From assembly GCA_019057795.1 (NCBI GenBank), contig JAHLWS010000079.1, positions 1 to 64,000 on the forward strand: a stretch of 64,000 bases of DNA. The letters run 5' to 3'. The position numbers and the translations under genes were made by a program. This document shows positions 1-10,539 of this stretch, one piece after another. This DNA is from Promethearchaeota archaeon. Its GTDB lineage: Archaea > Asgardarchaeota > Lokiarchaeia > Sigyniarchaeales > SOKP01. Under the pieces are notes generated by a model. It was given only the letters and a program-made list of their open reading frames with translations, was not told where the DNA came from and did not search any database. Each line of letters opens with the position of its first letter. Within the stretch, counting starts at the first letter, position 1.

Positions 1-34
1 GCATCGTTCTATTGCCATAATTTCTATTAGACAT
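1..34 (-). CDS. 5' end of a gene running off the left edge (MSNRNYGNRTM...)
   Basis: ATG at 34 on the minus strand, frame open to the edge; only 11 codons visible. Confidence 0.35.
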   Translation of the reverse strand, partial: MSNRNYGNRTM

Positions 35-371
35 ACTTTCACCAAATTTTAATTTTATACTTGAAACCTTGAAATATCTCTGTTCAAGCATGTAAGATAT
101 ATTTTTAAATTTAATAAACCTTGGTATTATGAAAAATACATGAATCAAGGGGCTGAATCATCAATTTCTTATTTGCTTACTAAACTTTCACTTCAAATAT
201 CAAAAGGTTCTATTGCTTTTTAGTATTTATGAACAATAACCGTTTCACGATCAAAAATAAAAATGATACCTTACTAAATATTGTGTAACCACTGTTGCAC
301 GTTAAGAAAATATAAGGATAAATTACTAATTAAATTATAGTCATTATTAATCTGATATAAAAGATATAGCC

Positions 372-1355
372 ATGCAAACAATAGTAATTGTATTAATTGT
401 AATAGTAATTTTCATGATTCTTATGATAATTGGTTTTATGAGGTGGAAAAAATCCGCAATTAGAGTAATGGATGATGGAGAGGTAATGGAGACAGCGATG
501 GGGAAAATACATTACAAACTAACTGGAGAGGGACCAGTGTTATTTTTTATGCATGGGGGACCAGGAGGGATTGACCAAGCAATCTTCCTTGATGATATGA
601 TTCAGGAAGGATATTCAATACTCGCTGTTTCAAGGCCTGGATATCTAAGAACACCTTTTGTTCCTCTGTCTTATGAGGAACAAGTTGATCAGTATGTGGA
701 ATTATTAGACAAGTTAAAAATCGGTAAGGTGGTTACCATGGGATACTCAGCTGGGGGTCCTCTTGCACTTAACTTTGCTAACAAATACCCTGAGAGAACT
801 CATGCTCTGATGATGGAGGCTGGTGTTAGTACGGTATACGAGACGCCAAGTGAGGCACCAGATTCATTTTGGATGAAATTGTTTATGAGGGACAGAATAC
901 AAGATTTGGTAAGCTGGATTACTATAATAGCTATTAGAATAGCTTTCAAGATGATATTCAAGAGTATAATCCGCCTGGAAACTTTACTTGACAAGGAAGG
1001 AATTAAGAAATTTGCTGATCTGGTTTCAAATGATAAGGAGAGAAGGAGGTGGTTAATCAAATTTATGGATACAACCGTTCCAATGAGTATACGAAAACTT
1101 GGTTTAAATCATGATATTGAGCTCTTAACATCAATCGAGAAGATTCCAGTTGATAATATTAATGTAAAATCCTTAATAGTCTATAGTAAAGAAGATAATG
1201 ATGTTAAATGGTTAAATGCGGAATATCTCGAAACCAATCTCAAGGATTTTGAGCTATTGGTGACACATGGAGGCCATTTCATGTGGATAGGAGAAGATAT
1301 GGAAAAAATAAAATCAAAAAGAATCGAGTTTTTAAAATCAATAAATTTTGAGTGA
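372..1355 (+). CDS. Membrane-anchored alpha/beta hydrolase
   Basis: N-terminal TM helix, HGGPGG oxyanion motif, GYSAG nucleophile elbow, C-terminal GGH. Confidence 0.9.
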   Translation: MQTIVIVLIVIVIFMILMIIGFMRWKKSAIRVMDDGEVMETAMGKIHYKLTGEGPVLFFMHGGPGGIDQAIFLDDMIQEGYSILAVSRPGYLRTPFVPLSYEEQVDQYVELLDKLKIGKVVTMGYSAGGPLALNFANKYPERTHALMMEAGVSTVYETPSEAPDSFWMKLFMRDRIQDLVSWITIIAIRIAFKMIFKSIIRLETLLDKEGIKKFADLVSNDKERRRWLIKFMDTTVPMSIRKLGLNHDIELLTSIEKIPVDNINVKSLIVYSKEDNDVKWLNAEYLETNLKDFELLVTHGGHFMWIGEDMEKIKSKRIEFLKSINFE

Positions 1356-1593
1356 CTGATTATTTCCAGTATAGGATTGATCTAGCTGAAAAAATAAAAC
1401 AACTCAAACAGCATGTTACTGAACATGCTATGTTTCATATTATTTATAAAATTCATTCTTAAATATATTATATTAAGTTTTAATTGTCAATATCATTAAA
1501 AATATTTATTAATGGAATTCTAACCGTTTCACGAAATTTCTTCTTTTGCTAATCATCATGATTAATTACCTCCTTAATCTTTTCTTTCTTTTC

Positions 1594-2448
1594 TTAGGGA
1601 ATCTCAACACCTGGGACATCAACATTTAAAAATTCAATTCTCCCACTTGATCTTTTACCCTCTAAATATTGACTGGTGCAAAGAAAAAGAGTTCTCCCCT
1701 CATCTCCCCCCAGAGCGCACGCATAAACATTTGTATCTTTAAGTTTAATAGTAGAAGCGATTTCACCTCCTTCCAAAACACGTAAGACTTCTGCTTTGGA
1801 TGGATTTGCGACCCAGATGGCACCTTCTTCATCAAGACATATACCATCTGGTGTAAAATCTTTAATTTCCGCCCAAATTCTTCGATTTATTAGATTTCCT
1901 GAATTTTCAATATTAAAGGCAGTTAACTTACTTCCAAAAGTTTCTGCTACAATAAAAGTTTTGCAATCGGGAGTTATAATACATCCATTGGGAAAAAGAA
2001 GATTTTCTGCTACTATTCTTGCGGCCCCATCTTTTGTAACCAGGATGAGGCATGTGGGTTCAGCTGGGGATTCAAGGGATTTAGCACCCCAATTTCCTAA
2101 GTAAGTTCGTTCATGGGTATCCGTTACGGAGTCATTGCAGTTATATTCTGTAAATCTACTTAAATCTGCATGAATTTTCAATCCTTCTGGGTCTAAACGC
2201 ATTAGGTAGCGTCTTTGCATTGAAACTATAAGCATCCTACCATCATTCAAAAAACCCAATCCCGACGGAGAATCCTGTAATTCTACAATAATTTCTGATT
2301 TACCATTTTCATCAACAGCAATGACTTTTTTTCCAACAAGATCTGAAAAGAACAACTTTCCGTTTCGCCACCGAGGGCCCTCTGGAAATTCAAGACCGGA
2401 TAATAATACTTTAGTTTCCATTTTCATATTTATTAATTTGATTCTCAT
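1594..2448 (-). CDS. SMP-30/gluconolactonase/LRE family protein
   Basis: FPEGPRW, CND, FPNG and PDGICLDEEGAIWVA motifs; real start may be 2427 or 2421. Confidence 0.92.
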   Translation of the reverse strand: MRIKLINMKMETKVLLSGLEFPEGPRWRNGKLFFSDLVGKKVIAVDENGKSEIIVELQDSPSGLGFLNDGRMLIVSMQRRYLMRLDPEGLKIHADLSRFTEYNCNDSVTDTHERTYLGNWGAKSLESPAEPTCLILVTKDGAARIVAENLLFPNGCIITPDCKTFIVAETFGSKLTAFNIENSGNLINRRIWAEIKDFTPDGICLDEEGAIWVANPSKAEVLRVLEGGEIASTIKLKDTNVYACALGGDEGRTLFLCTSQYLEGKRSSGRIEFLNVDVPGVEIP

Positions 2449-2598
2449 ACTAATAAAGTTAGCTTTTTATATATTCACCAAAACACTAATTTTGATGGTT
2501 ATTTCACGAAAAATGGCTTGAAATTTCAGTCATTTAAACGGGAGCTAGATTAATATATAAGTTCATCCTATCTAACTTTAATTTAATTCAAATAGAGA

Positions 2599-3033
2599 TT
2601 GATAAATTTGGATAATGATGAGGGATTCAAGAATTATTATAACAAAGGGCTGGAAGATACACGTTTGGATCTTGATTCTAATAGATTAGAAAAAATTCGC
2701 GCGCTGGACATATTGGAACGATACCTCCCGAAGCTTCCAGCAGTGATGCTAGATATAGGGGGTGCGACGGGGATTTATTCTTTCAAGCTATCAGAACTCG
2801 GCTATGAAGTCTATTTAGTTGATGTGGTTCCCCTTCATATTACCCAAGCCAAGGAAAAAAATAGTTTAGCTGAATATAAATTAAAAGACGTCATATTAGG
2901 AGATGCGCGTCAATTACAATTTCCAGATCATTTTGCGGATGGCATTCTGCTCTTTGGACCTTTATATCATTTAGTTGATAAGGAAGATAGAGAAAAGACA
3001 TTAAAAGAAGCATACAGAGTGTTAAAACCTTAA
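2599..3033 (+). pseudogene. Class I SAM-dependent methyltransferase, C-terminally truncated
   Basis: LDIGGATG motif I, GDARQL, GPLYHL; stops abruptly at RVLKP, where the family continues with GG and further strands. Confidence 0.75.
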
Positions 3034-3063
3034 ATAATATGGGAAAATGACATTAGCGTAGTC

Positions 3064-3876
3064 TTATTTCAACATGGTATATTTTTTGGTCATTTTTTGC
3101 AGAAATTCATCCAACCCGATTCTAGATTCTCCTTTCAGCCCGGCAAAATAGTACTCTCCATAATCTTTTTCGAGGTTATAAAACTCATTGGCCAACCGCG
3201 TGGACATGGTATTTATGGCATTTTTGGTAAGAGCTAATATTTCAAGAGATTTTCGTGAGAGTTCTTTAACATAACTCTTGACCGCGTTGGGTAGATCTTC
3301 GGGAGGGTCGACTATCTGATTAATTACGCCCCAAGAATTGAATTCTTTTAAGCTCACTCTCCTTCCGGTAAATAACATGTCTTTTGCCCTGGCGTTCCCT
3401 AGGAGCTTTACAGCTCCAACCGTGGGGCCCGTTGCAGGAAAAATTCCTGGACCAATGATCAACTCGGGCAGTTGAAAAAAGATATCTTTCTTGTTTGCCA
3501 CGATCCTCACGTCTGCGAGCAGCGTAATGATGGTGCCTGTGCCAACTGCGGAACCTTGGATTTGCATGATCACGGGCTTCTTCAGGAAATGAATTTTTTT
3601 AGAGATGCGCGCACCATCATTGAGCAATATATCGATATTTTTTTGATCCACGGATTCAAACATTGCTAAGTCCCATCCCGCGCAAAACACGTCATCGCCC
3701 GTGCTTCGAATGACCAGGCATCGGGCTTTAGGATCCGCATCCACCTCATCCAGAAACTCTAAGAACTTATAAATCATTGGAACTTCAATCGCATTTTTCT
3801 TTTTTGGGTTGTTGATGGTGATATATGCAACTTTTCCCTTCCTTTCCAGCATTAATTTCTCTTCTTGTTCACTCAT
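3064..3876 (-). CDS. Enoyl-CoA hydratase/isomerase (crotonase) family protein
   Basis: VAYITINNPKKKNA, FCAGWDL, KPVIMQIQGSAVG, FQLPE. Confidence 0.92.
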   Translation of the reverse strand: MSEQEEKLMLERKGKVAYITINNPKKKNAIEVPMIYKFLEFLDEVDADPKARCLVIRSTGDDVFCAGWDLAMFESVDQKNIDILLNDGARISKKIHFLKKPVIMQIQGSAVGTGTIITLLADVRIVANKKDIFFQLPELIIGPGIFPATGPTVGAVKLLGNARAKDMLFTGRRVSLKEFNSWGVINQIVDPPEDLPNAVKSYVKELSRKSLEILALTKNAINTMSTRLANEFYNLEKDYGEYYFAGLKGESRIGLDEFLQKMTKKYTMLK

Positions 3877-4429
3877 TTTCTATAACACTCAAATTTAATT
3901 TTACTAAATTTCACATTTTAATGTATTATTCTACCTAATCAAATTCATAATGATATATCTAAATAGCTTATTGTTTAATTAATAGTTTTTACAAAAAGTT
4001 ACTCTCAACTTAGACAAGAAAGAGGTGGTGGATGGATTTAAGTTGAGAAGTAAAGTAAAGTTTTATATAAATTATCCTATTAGAACACATACTAAAATTA
4101 CTTAAAATCCATAGGTGTTATAAAGCAGCATTTCAATAACCATATATTCTCTACAATTAGATTATTTTTAATTTACTTTTATCCTGAAATCTCGGTTATT
4201 TCACGATTAATTTATTATATTAAATACTCTTTTTCTTTATTCCATAATAAAGTCTTATGGTTTTAACAATTTCACTTGTTTTAAAATAAGGAATTAATTT
4301 AAGAACCTGTTTAATGAATATTATTATTTCAAATTTATTATTAGTTTTCTTAATTTGATCAAATTTAGGATTATTAAGAGTGATGATAGATTTTAGTTTT
4401 TTAAAAACAAAAAATAAAAAAAAAGTAAT

Positions 4430-5710
4430 TTAAGAAATATGCTGGGTTAAGTAAAGGAATCTCTCTAAATAATACATCCAGACTTGTCCTATGTTGGAAC
4501 TCAAGACAAAATCATTCGCGTGAGCTGCGAATGGAAACTTAAGAAGACAGCAATCTACTCCTTTAGATTCGAGATCTGTTTCTAATTTCTCCACCCTCTC
4601 AATCCACACTTGGGCATCACTGGTACCTTGAAAAATCAGTGCTGGAGGGTCTTGAATATCAGCTAAATGAACTAAATCATAGGCGTTATAAAGATCGGGA
4701 TTAACAGTCTTGTTTTCTTTTAGGAGAAAGTCTGGGGCTGCAGAGGGCGGATATAATGGAATTATCCCTTTTACTGTAATATCAGGACTAAAAGTAGTAT
4801 TATGGAAATCATAATTATAACCTAGTCCCGCAACTCCCGCCAAGTGTGCACCAGCTGATCGCCCCATAAAATAAACAGAGTCTAGATTACCTCCATAGGT
4901 TGTTGCAAATTCACTTACACATCTATTAGTAAATATGCCGATATGGCGAACTTGATCTTCGATCGTAAAGTTTCCCATAACATATTCTGGAGTGTCTGGA
5001 GCTTCAGCAGCATACTCGAACCAATCAATTAATCCGTACTCAATATCAAAAACCACATATCCTTGACCCGCCAAATATTTACTGGTAGATATCATATTCC
5101 ACGTCCCCTTTCCTCCAGACATCCAAGCACCTGGATGCAGATTAATGATGATACTACCGTTACCTGGTAATTGGGAAGGGAGTTCTACAGGTCTATAGAC
5201 ATCAAAATAAAGCGTTATATTTTCTCCGGAGTAAAATAATACATCTGTTTCTATTGTTATGGGTTTTTCTGGGATGGAAAGGAAATGAGAAGAGATAAAG
5301 TAAGGTGTTGGTAGAAAATAATTTTGAACATTTGCCGGGATATTGTTTTCCCAATCAAGACCGAAAGCATCATCAAACTCTTGATTAGCATTTATTATGG
5401 TATAGGGAGTTGAAAGTAATGAAACGGCGTTGAACCCCGAAATTATAAATCCAATGATAATTATCACATAATATTGCTTAGGATGGTTAATTCTTCTTGA
5501 TGCTAACAGCCTCATGAGTAAAATTGTGACAGTAATGCATAACCCTAGCATTAAAACTGAACTCTGAGCCACATACTGTTCAATAACAATGGTTATCCCT
5601 CGCAAAACTCTGCCTCCAAAAAATAACATGTACGCCCAAAATGCTCCTCCAATAAGAATTAAAATACATAGGATTCCTATAATTACCTTAATAATTTTGA
5701 GTTTATTCAA
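4430..5710 (-). CDS. Membrane-bound alpha/beta hydrolase (esterase/lipase)
   Basis: Three N-terminal TM helices, HPGAW, GRSAGAHL, GTSD, HAND; likely TTG start at 5710 after GAGGT, overlapping the upstream stop. Confidence 0.85.
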   Translation of the reverse strand: MNKLKIIKVIIGILCILILIGGAFWAYMLFFGGRVLRGITIVIEQYVAQSSVLMLGLCITVTILLMRLLASRRINHPKQYYVIIIIGFIISGFNAVSLLSTPYTIINANQEFDDAFGLDWENNIPANVQNYFLPTPYFISSHFLSIPEKPITIETDVLFYSGENITLYFDVYRPVELPSQLPGNGSIIINLHPGAWMSGGKGTWNMISTSKYLAGQGYVVFDIEYGLIDWFEYAAEAPDTPEYVMGNFTIEDQVRHIGIFTNRCVSEFATTYGGNLDSVYFMGRSAGAHLAGVAGLGYNYDFHNTTFSPDITVKGIIPLYPPSAAPDFLLKENKTVNPDLYNAYDLVHLADIQDPPALIFQGTSDAQVWIERVEKLETDLESKGVDCCLLKFPFAAHANDFVLSSNIGQVWMYYLERFLYLTQHIS

Positions 5711-6149
5711 ATTTCCATACCTCCCGATTATCAAGAGCTTGTATATTAAAATATGAGAAAATGGCTCCATAAACAAAGAAACTGAAAAATCCGACGAATA
5801 TTAATAAATATTGAAGTAAGGGTGAAAACCAATTAGCATGTAGAAGAAATAGCCCCCCAACTAAAAACAAAATCGCTATAATCTGAACAACAAGAAAGCC
5901 GTATCCTAATCGGTTGATTCGCTTTCCCACGGGATTACTCTTAACGATTTTATAATCAGTAAAAATAAGTAATGAGATGTCCAAGAACCAAGAAACTACT
6001 ATGAGAATACTAAAGAGAGTTCCAACAACAATGTTGAGACCAATGATATAATGTAAAAATCCCAGTATAATTGAACAAAGATTTGTTGCTAACAAAAAGA
6101 TGCATAGGTATTTAAAATGCTTTTTTCCAATTTTTATCATTTTCCTCAT
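5703..6149 (-). CDS. 4-TM membrane protein, translationally coupled to the hydrolase
   Basis: Four hydrophobic segments; stop overlaps the next start. Confidence 0.75.
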   Translation of the reverse strand: MRKMIKIGKKHFKYLCIFLLATNLCSIILGFLHYIIGLNIVVGTLFSILIVVSWFLDISLLIFTDYKIVKSNPVGKRINRLGYGFLVVQIIAILFLVGGLFLLHANWFSPLLQYLLIFVGFFSFFVYGAIFSYFNIQALDNREVWKFE

Positions 6150-6505
6150 TATTATACATTATTCTAAAATATATAGAACAATAGATATATCGTCTTAATT
6201 CAATATAAAGGTTTTTTATGGATATAAATAATATAATGAAAAATATTTTGGAAGAACATCGGTTATTTCACGAATCTATGTTTAACCGGATTTTAATATC
6301 ATTTTCAGGAATTTTTTCAATATTCAGTTCTCAGAGCTTTCTTTTCAAAAAAAAAAAGAAGTTAAAATTAAGTTAACACATTGATATCTTATTCTGGTTA
6401 GTCAAAAACTCCCATTAAATTATGCCAAAAATGCCCGCTCCAGTTGGTACATTTTCTGCAAAAAAATGCACTATGTGGTAGGCTGTTGCATTTCTCGGGT
6501 TTAAT

Positions 6506-6715
6506 TTGTCTAATCTTTTACAAGCGTTAATTTATTCTCTGATGCACTTTGGGGCAACCTATACTTCAGAGAGCCTTGTATTTTTTGTAATAACATTAGC
6601 ACTTGGTATTTTATATGGATATATTATTCTAAAAACAGATTCTCTCTTAGGAGCTATCTTGTTTCATGCAGGTACAGATAATGCTATTATTATAGGAATC
6701 TTTTCAACATTATAA
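6506..6715 (+). pseudogene. C-terminal fragment of a CPBP (CAAX protease/Abi) intramembrane protease
   Basis: LIYSLMH and SLLGAILFHAGTD motifs present, but the N-terminal EE-xxx-R motif is absent. Confidence 0.7.
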
Positions 6716-6871
6716 GGGAAAATATTAAAAAAATATTGGTTAATGGAAATAATAAATCAGAAAAAGTCAAAAAATAAACTAAATATAGTTTAAATCTATC
6801 TTTTGGTATATCAGTAAGGTTAATTATAATAAAAAGAATTTTAGATTAAATTTAGTTCTTGAGGGAGTTGA

Positions 6872-7090
6872 ATAGCTACTTCACAGGTTTCATCTCCTTT
6901 TAAGATTTCAAATCAGTTAGAAAATAAAGCAGAAAAAAAAAACATTCATGTGAAAATCATTGGTAGAAACATACTCGAATCTATAAAAATATGTAAAATT
7001 TGCCGGAAAGCTTATGACTTTAAAGAGCTAAAATGCATTTTTTGTAAATCTGAGGAAGTGCTCGAAATTATAACTTTAAAATACCCATAA
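6872..7090 (+). CDS. Small Zn-ribbon protein (CKIC...CIFC), missing from the ORF track, probable ATA start
   Basis: Open 72-codon frame ending ...LEIITLKYP*; GAGGGAG at 6861-6867 precedes ATA, which follows an in-frame TGA. Confidence 0.5.
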   Translation: MATSQVSSPFKISNQLENKAEKKNIHVKIIGRNILESIKICKICRKAYDFKELKCIFCKSEEVLEIITLKYP

Positions 7091-7129
7091 ATTGGTATTT
7101 ACTCAATAAGAAGTCGTACTTTTATAAAT

Positions 7130-8179
7130 CTATTTTTCTCTCAATAAATTAAGGCTTAAAAAATTATTTAGTTCTTTAACTCTTGTACGTAATGTAACCT
7201 CGGTTATATCTGCGATTGTTGCTATCATATGTTGATTAATCCGATTTCTTACTGCTTTTGAGCTAATATATATTGCAGCAGCAGCGATTCCTTTAGGATC
7301 TTTTCCTGAAGAATAAAAACCTTCATTCTGTGCTAATTTAATTGTTTTATAAGAAAGTTGCTTTATCTCTTCACTTAAATCGAGATCATTAGAAAATTGA
7401 TTGATGTAATCATTTATTGACAATCTTTTTATTTGATAATTTAACAATGGTAATATATCTCTGTATAATAATTTATACTTCTTATACAGTACTTTCGATG
7501 GTATTCCAGAAACTTTAGCAAACTTTTTTAAACCAACATATATCCCTTTTATTTTTGTCAAGAGATATAATGAAACAATAATCAAAATTCTAATATCCGT
7601 TGTATATCCATTTTCAACTGCTATCCTGCAAATTTCATGAGCATCTTGAAGATCGATATTATAAAGCTTTAGCTTTTCCTTTATATCTTTGAGATCCTGA
7701 CTTGAATTTTTAATTTCTATCCTTTCTATTTGTTTGGGCTTTTGATAGATATACTTCTCGTTTGTAGTAATTTCCAATTTTAACAGATTGCCAAGTTTGG
7801 TACTTCTAATATCGAGTTTATATTTACATACTGGATAATTCATACAACCTATAAATTTTCCGTATCTACTATCTCTTATAGCTAAATTACTCCCACATTC
7901 AGGACATTTTACTTCATATTTTTTAGTATTTAAAAGAAATTTGCATTTTGGATAATTTGAACAACCTAAAAAGAAGAAATTATATTTTTTTGCTTTTCTA
8001 ACTACTAGAATATTACCACATTCAGGGCACTTTATTCTTGTATAATTACTGATATTAAATATAAATTTACATTCTGGATATCCTATACAACCTAAAAATG
8101 GCCCATATTTCCCTAGATTTGATTTTAAAGCTTTACCACATTCGGGACATGCTTTTGGAATTTCCCAAGGGTTTTTCAT
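7130..8179 (-). CDS. Three topoisomerase-type C4 Zn ribbons fused to TFB/TFIIB cyclin repeats
   Basis: 3x CPECG...F(L/I)GCxxYPxCK; C-terminal GKDPKGIAAAAIY...ITEVTLRTRVKEL typical of the second TFB cyclin repeat. Confidence 0.85.
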   Translation of the reverse strand: MKNPWEIPKACPECGKALKSNLGKYGPFLGCIGYPECKFIFNISNYTRIKCPECGNILVVRKAKKYNFFFLGCSNYPKCKFLLNTKKYEVKCPECGSNLAIRDSRYGKFIGCMNYPVCKYKLDIRSTKLGNLLKLEITTNEKYIYQKPKQIERIEIKNSSQDLKDIKEKLKLYNIDLQDAHEICRIAVENGYTTDIRILIIVSLYLLTKIKGIYVGLKKFAKVSGIPSKVLYKKYKLLYRDILPLLNYQIKRLSINDYINQFSNDLDLSEEIKQLSYKTIKLAQNEGFYSSGKDPKGIAAAAIYISSKAVRNRINQHMIATIADITEVTLRTRVKELNNFLSLNLLREK

Positions 8180-8328
8180 AATTCATATTTTCTGATTTTT
8201 ATAATAGCAAAAATTTTGAGTTCTTCTCAAATTTTATAAAGAAGATAATCGACTATATAATTATAATTCAAAACTCTTTAACTTTGTTAAGGATACGAAT
8301 CGAATAAAAAAAATCTTTATTTGGAGTT

Positions 8329-10101
8329 ATGGCAAATTTCCTTAGTCAACCCCCTATTACGGCAACGGATGGCGAGAGAGCATTTTATAGTCGGATTAAA
8401 TCTGTTTTTATTGGAGAAGATCACATATTAGGGTATTTTGAGCCAGATATCGGAGGAATTCATCCAGATTTTCTTTTACTTTCTCCTAAGTATGGTATTA
8501 TAATCGTAGAAATCAAGGATTATTCTGAAAAATATCTTAAAACGATTTCGAAATCAGGGAAATGGGAATGGCTGAAACATGAAAAATTAGTGTCAATCAA
8601 TAATCCTTTTGATCAGATATATCAATATTATCGTGCTGTAAAAGGCAAGATTGATAATTGTCATTTTCCAGAAGGAACTGATATACCAATTAGTAGATTA
8701 GTCGTTTTCAGTCAAATCCCGCAAACTGGATATATCGCTGAAAAAATAAGGAAAATCTCTCCAGAGAAAGTTTATTTATGCTTTAAGGAAACGCTTGGCA
8801 GAAATGAGAAATTTAGGGATTTTTATTTTGATATGATACCTTTGAATTGTGAACTTACTAATGATCAATTCAAACATATTCGGGCTAATCTCATACCTAC
8901 TTGCCGATTACCCTCTCTAAAACAATCAAATTTAATGGAATATTTTAAAAGTGAAGACCAGGTCAAACTATTAGATGAAGAACAGGAAAAACTGGCAAGG
9001 GAACTAGGGGAAGGACATCGTTTAATTTTTGGTGTAGCAGGTAGCGGAAAAACAGTTCTTTTAATCGCGAGAGCGAGAATATTAGCTAAAAGACATCCTG
9101 ATTGGAAGATTCTAATCTTATGTTATAATAAATTACTGAGAAAGCAAATTTTCAATATGCTCAATCCTCAAGATTACGATGCTGATATAACCATTAGTAC
9201 ATTTCACGGATGGGCAAGGAATTACATTCTCAATGCTGACGATGAGTTCTCTTCGTTATATCACGAAGCTAATAAAAGGGCAAAGGAGGAAGATAAGAAG
9301 GATGACTTCTTTCAGGAATTTGTACCAAAAATATTGAATCAAATGATAAAATCTCAGGGGGAAAACCAGCTTCCTTACGATGCGATCTTAATTGACGAAG
9401 CTCAAGATTTTGAAAAAGTATGGTTTGAACCTATAATGCAACTATTAAACCCAGATACGAATTCGTTATTGATTACTTGTGATGGGCTTCAAGGAATTTA
9501 CGCTCGTAAGAGATTTACTTGGTCGAGTGTTGGAATACAAGCAAGAGGAAGAGTTAAAAGATTTGATAAATCATATCGAATTCCAATTGAAATAGGAATA
9601 ATAGCTCAAAAAATATTGCCTAAGAATATTACAAACTTAATAGGTCAATTTGATGAGTTTATGTCAACGAAGCATTTTATTGGAAATCATGGAACTGTTG
9701 AAATTTTCGTATCTGACACTCGAGAAGACGAATACATAAAACTTGTGGAAAAAATAGCTCGTTCTTTAAAGAGCCCTCAAGAAATCTTAGTGCTTTTCAA
9801 ATTAAATATGAAGAAGATAAATTATAAACACCCGTTCTTCGATTATCTTAAAAGTCACAATATTAAATGGAAAGATTTACAAGATTACAATTACGAATCA
9901 CCGGGTTTAGTAATAGGGACCCTTTATGGAACTAAAGGTTTAGAGTCTGATACAATAATTATACCTGAATTAGATACATATAATTCAAATCAAGATCGAC
10001 AGTTATTATATGTAGGCATAACTCGCTCTCGTAAGAAGTTAGTTTTGAGCGCTAATAAATCAACAAAATTGATGAAATTATTGGAACCACATTCTAGCTA
10101 A
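8329..10101 (+). CDS. NERD nuclease-domain / UvrD-like SF1 helicase
   Basis: HPDFLLL...IVEIKD and NPFDQ (NERD); GVAGSGKT, IDEAQD, KGLE, LYVGITRSR (SF1 motifs). Confidence 0.92.
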   Translation: MANFLSQPPITATDGERAFYSRIKSVFIGEDHILGYFEPDIGGIHPDFLLLSPKYGIIIVEIKDYSEKYLKTISKSGKWEWLKHEKLVSINNPFDQIYQYYRAVKGKIDNCHFPEGTDIPISRLVVFSQIPQTGYIAEKIRKISPEKVYLCFKETLGRNEKFRDFYFDMIPLNCELTNDQFKHIRANLIPTCRLPSLKQSNLMEYFKSEDQVKLLDEEQEKLARELGEGHRLIFGVAGSGKTVLLIARARILAKRHPDWKILILCYNKLLRKQIFNMLNPQDYDADITISTFHGWARNYILNADDEFSSLYHEANKRAKEEDKKDDFFQEFVPKILNQMIKSQGENQLPYDAILIDEAQDFEKVWFEPIMQLLNPDTNSLLITCDGLQGIYARKRFTWSSVGIQARGRVKRFDKSYRIPIEIGIIAQKILPKNITNLIGQFDEFMSTKHFIGNHGTVEIFVSDTREDEYIKLVEKIARSLKSPQEILVLFKLNMKKINYKHPFFDYLKSHNIKWKDLQDYNYESPGLVIGTLYGTKGLESDTIIIPELDTYNSNQDRQLLYVGITRSRKKLVLSANKSTKLMKLLEPHSS

Positions 10102-10388
10102 GAATTAATTTGACAAATAAGGCAAAGGTGTGAACCAATTAAAATAAAACGATCTGTTGGAATAATCAATTCTGATTCAAAAAGCTTTTGAGCAAGATTT
10201 TTATTTTCAGAATAATCCTTAAGAATAAATTCATCTGGAGCAAGTTCTACTGAATTACACATAATAGAAAGCTCAGCTAACGGCTCGTCATTATAATTAT
10301 AAACAAAAATTGCAAGTTGACCATTTGAATAATGCTTTTTTTGTATTTTTCTGTTGAGTGCTATTTGTGTATTTATCATTTCTTTCAT
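10098..10388 (-). CDS. Hypothetical protein (96 aa)
   Basis: Plausible globular ORF; stop overlaps the helicase stop. Confidence 0.65.
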   Translation of the reverse strand: MKEMINTQIALNRKIQKKHYSNGQLAIFVYNYNDEPLAELSIMCNSVELAPDEFILKDYSENKNLAQKLFESELIIPTDRFILIGSHLCLICQINS

Positions 10389-10539
10389 AAATCAAAATAA
10401 TATCATTCTTTATAAATGAAAAAAGGGTTATCAAAAAATGATTTGTTAAAAAAATTTTAATTAAATTAGAGAAGAATTCAAAAGGCATTGAATGAATATA
10501 TTAAATATAAAAGATAAACTCAGTTTTAAGTATGATAAA

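Larger units (their letters stand above)
237..6273. repeat. Five dispersed intergenic copies of (TAACCG|YGGTTA)TTTCACGA at 237-250, 1521-1534, 2496-2509, 4193-4206, 6260-6273
   Basis: Read directly; all intergenic, with the TTTCACGA arm in the same orientation. Confidence 0.75.
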
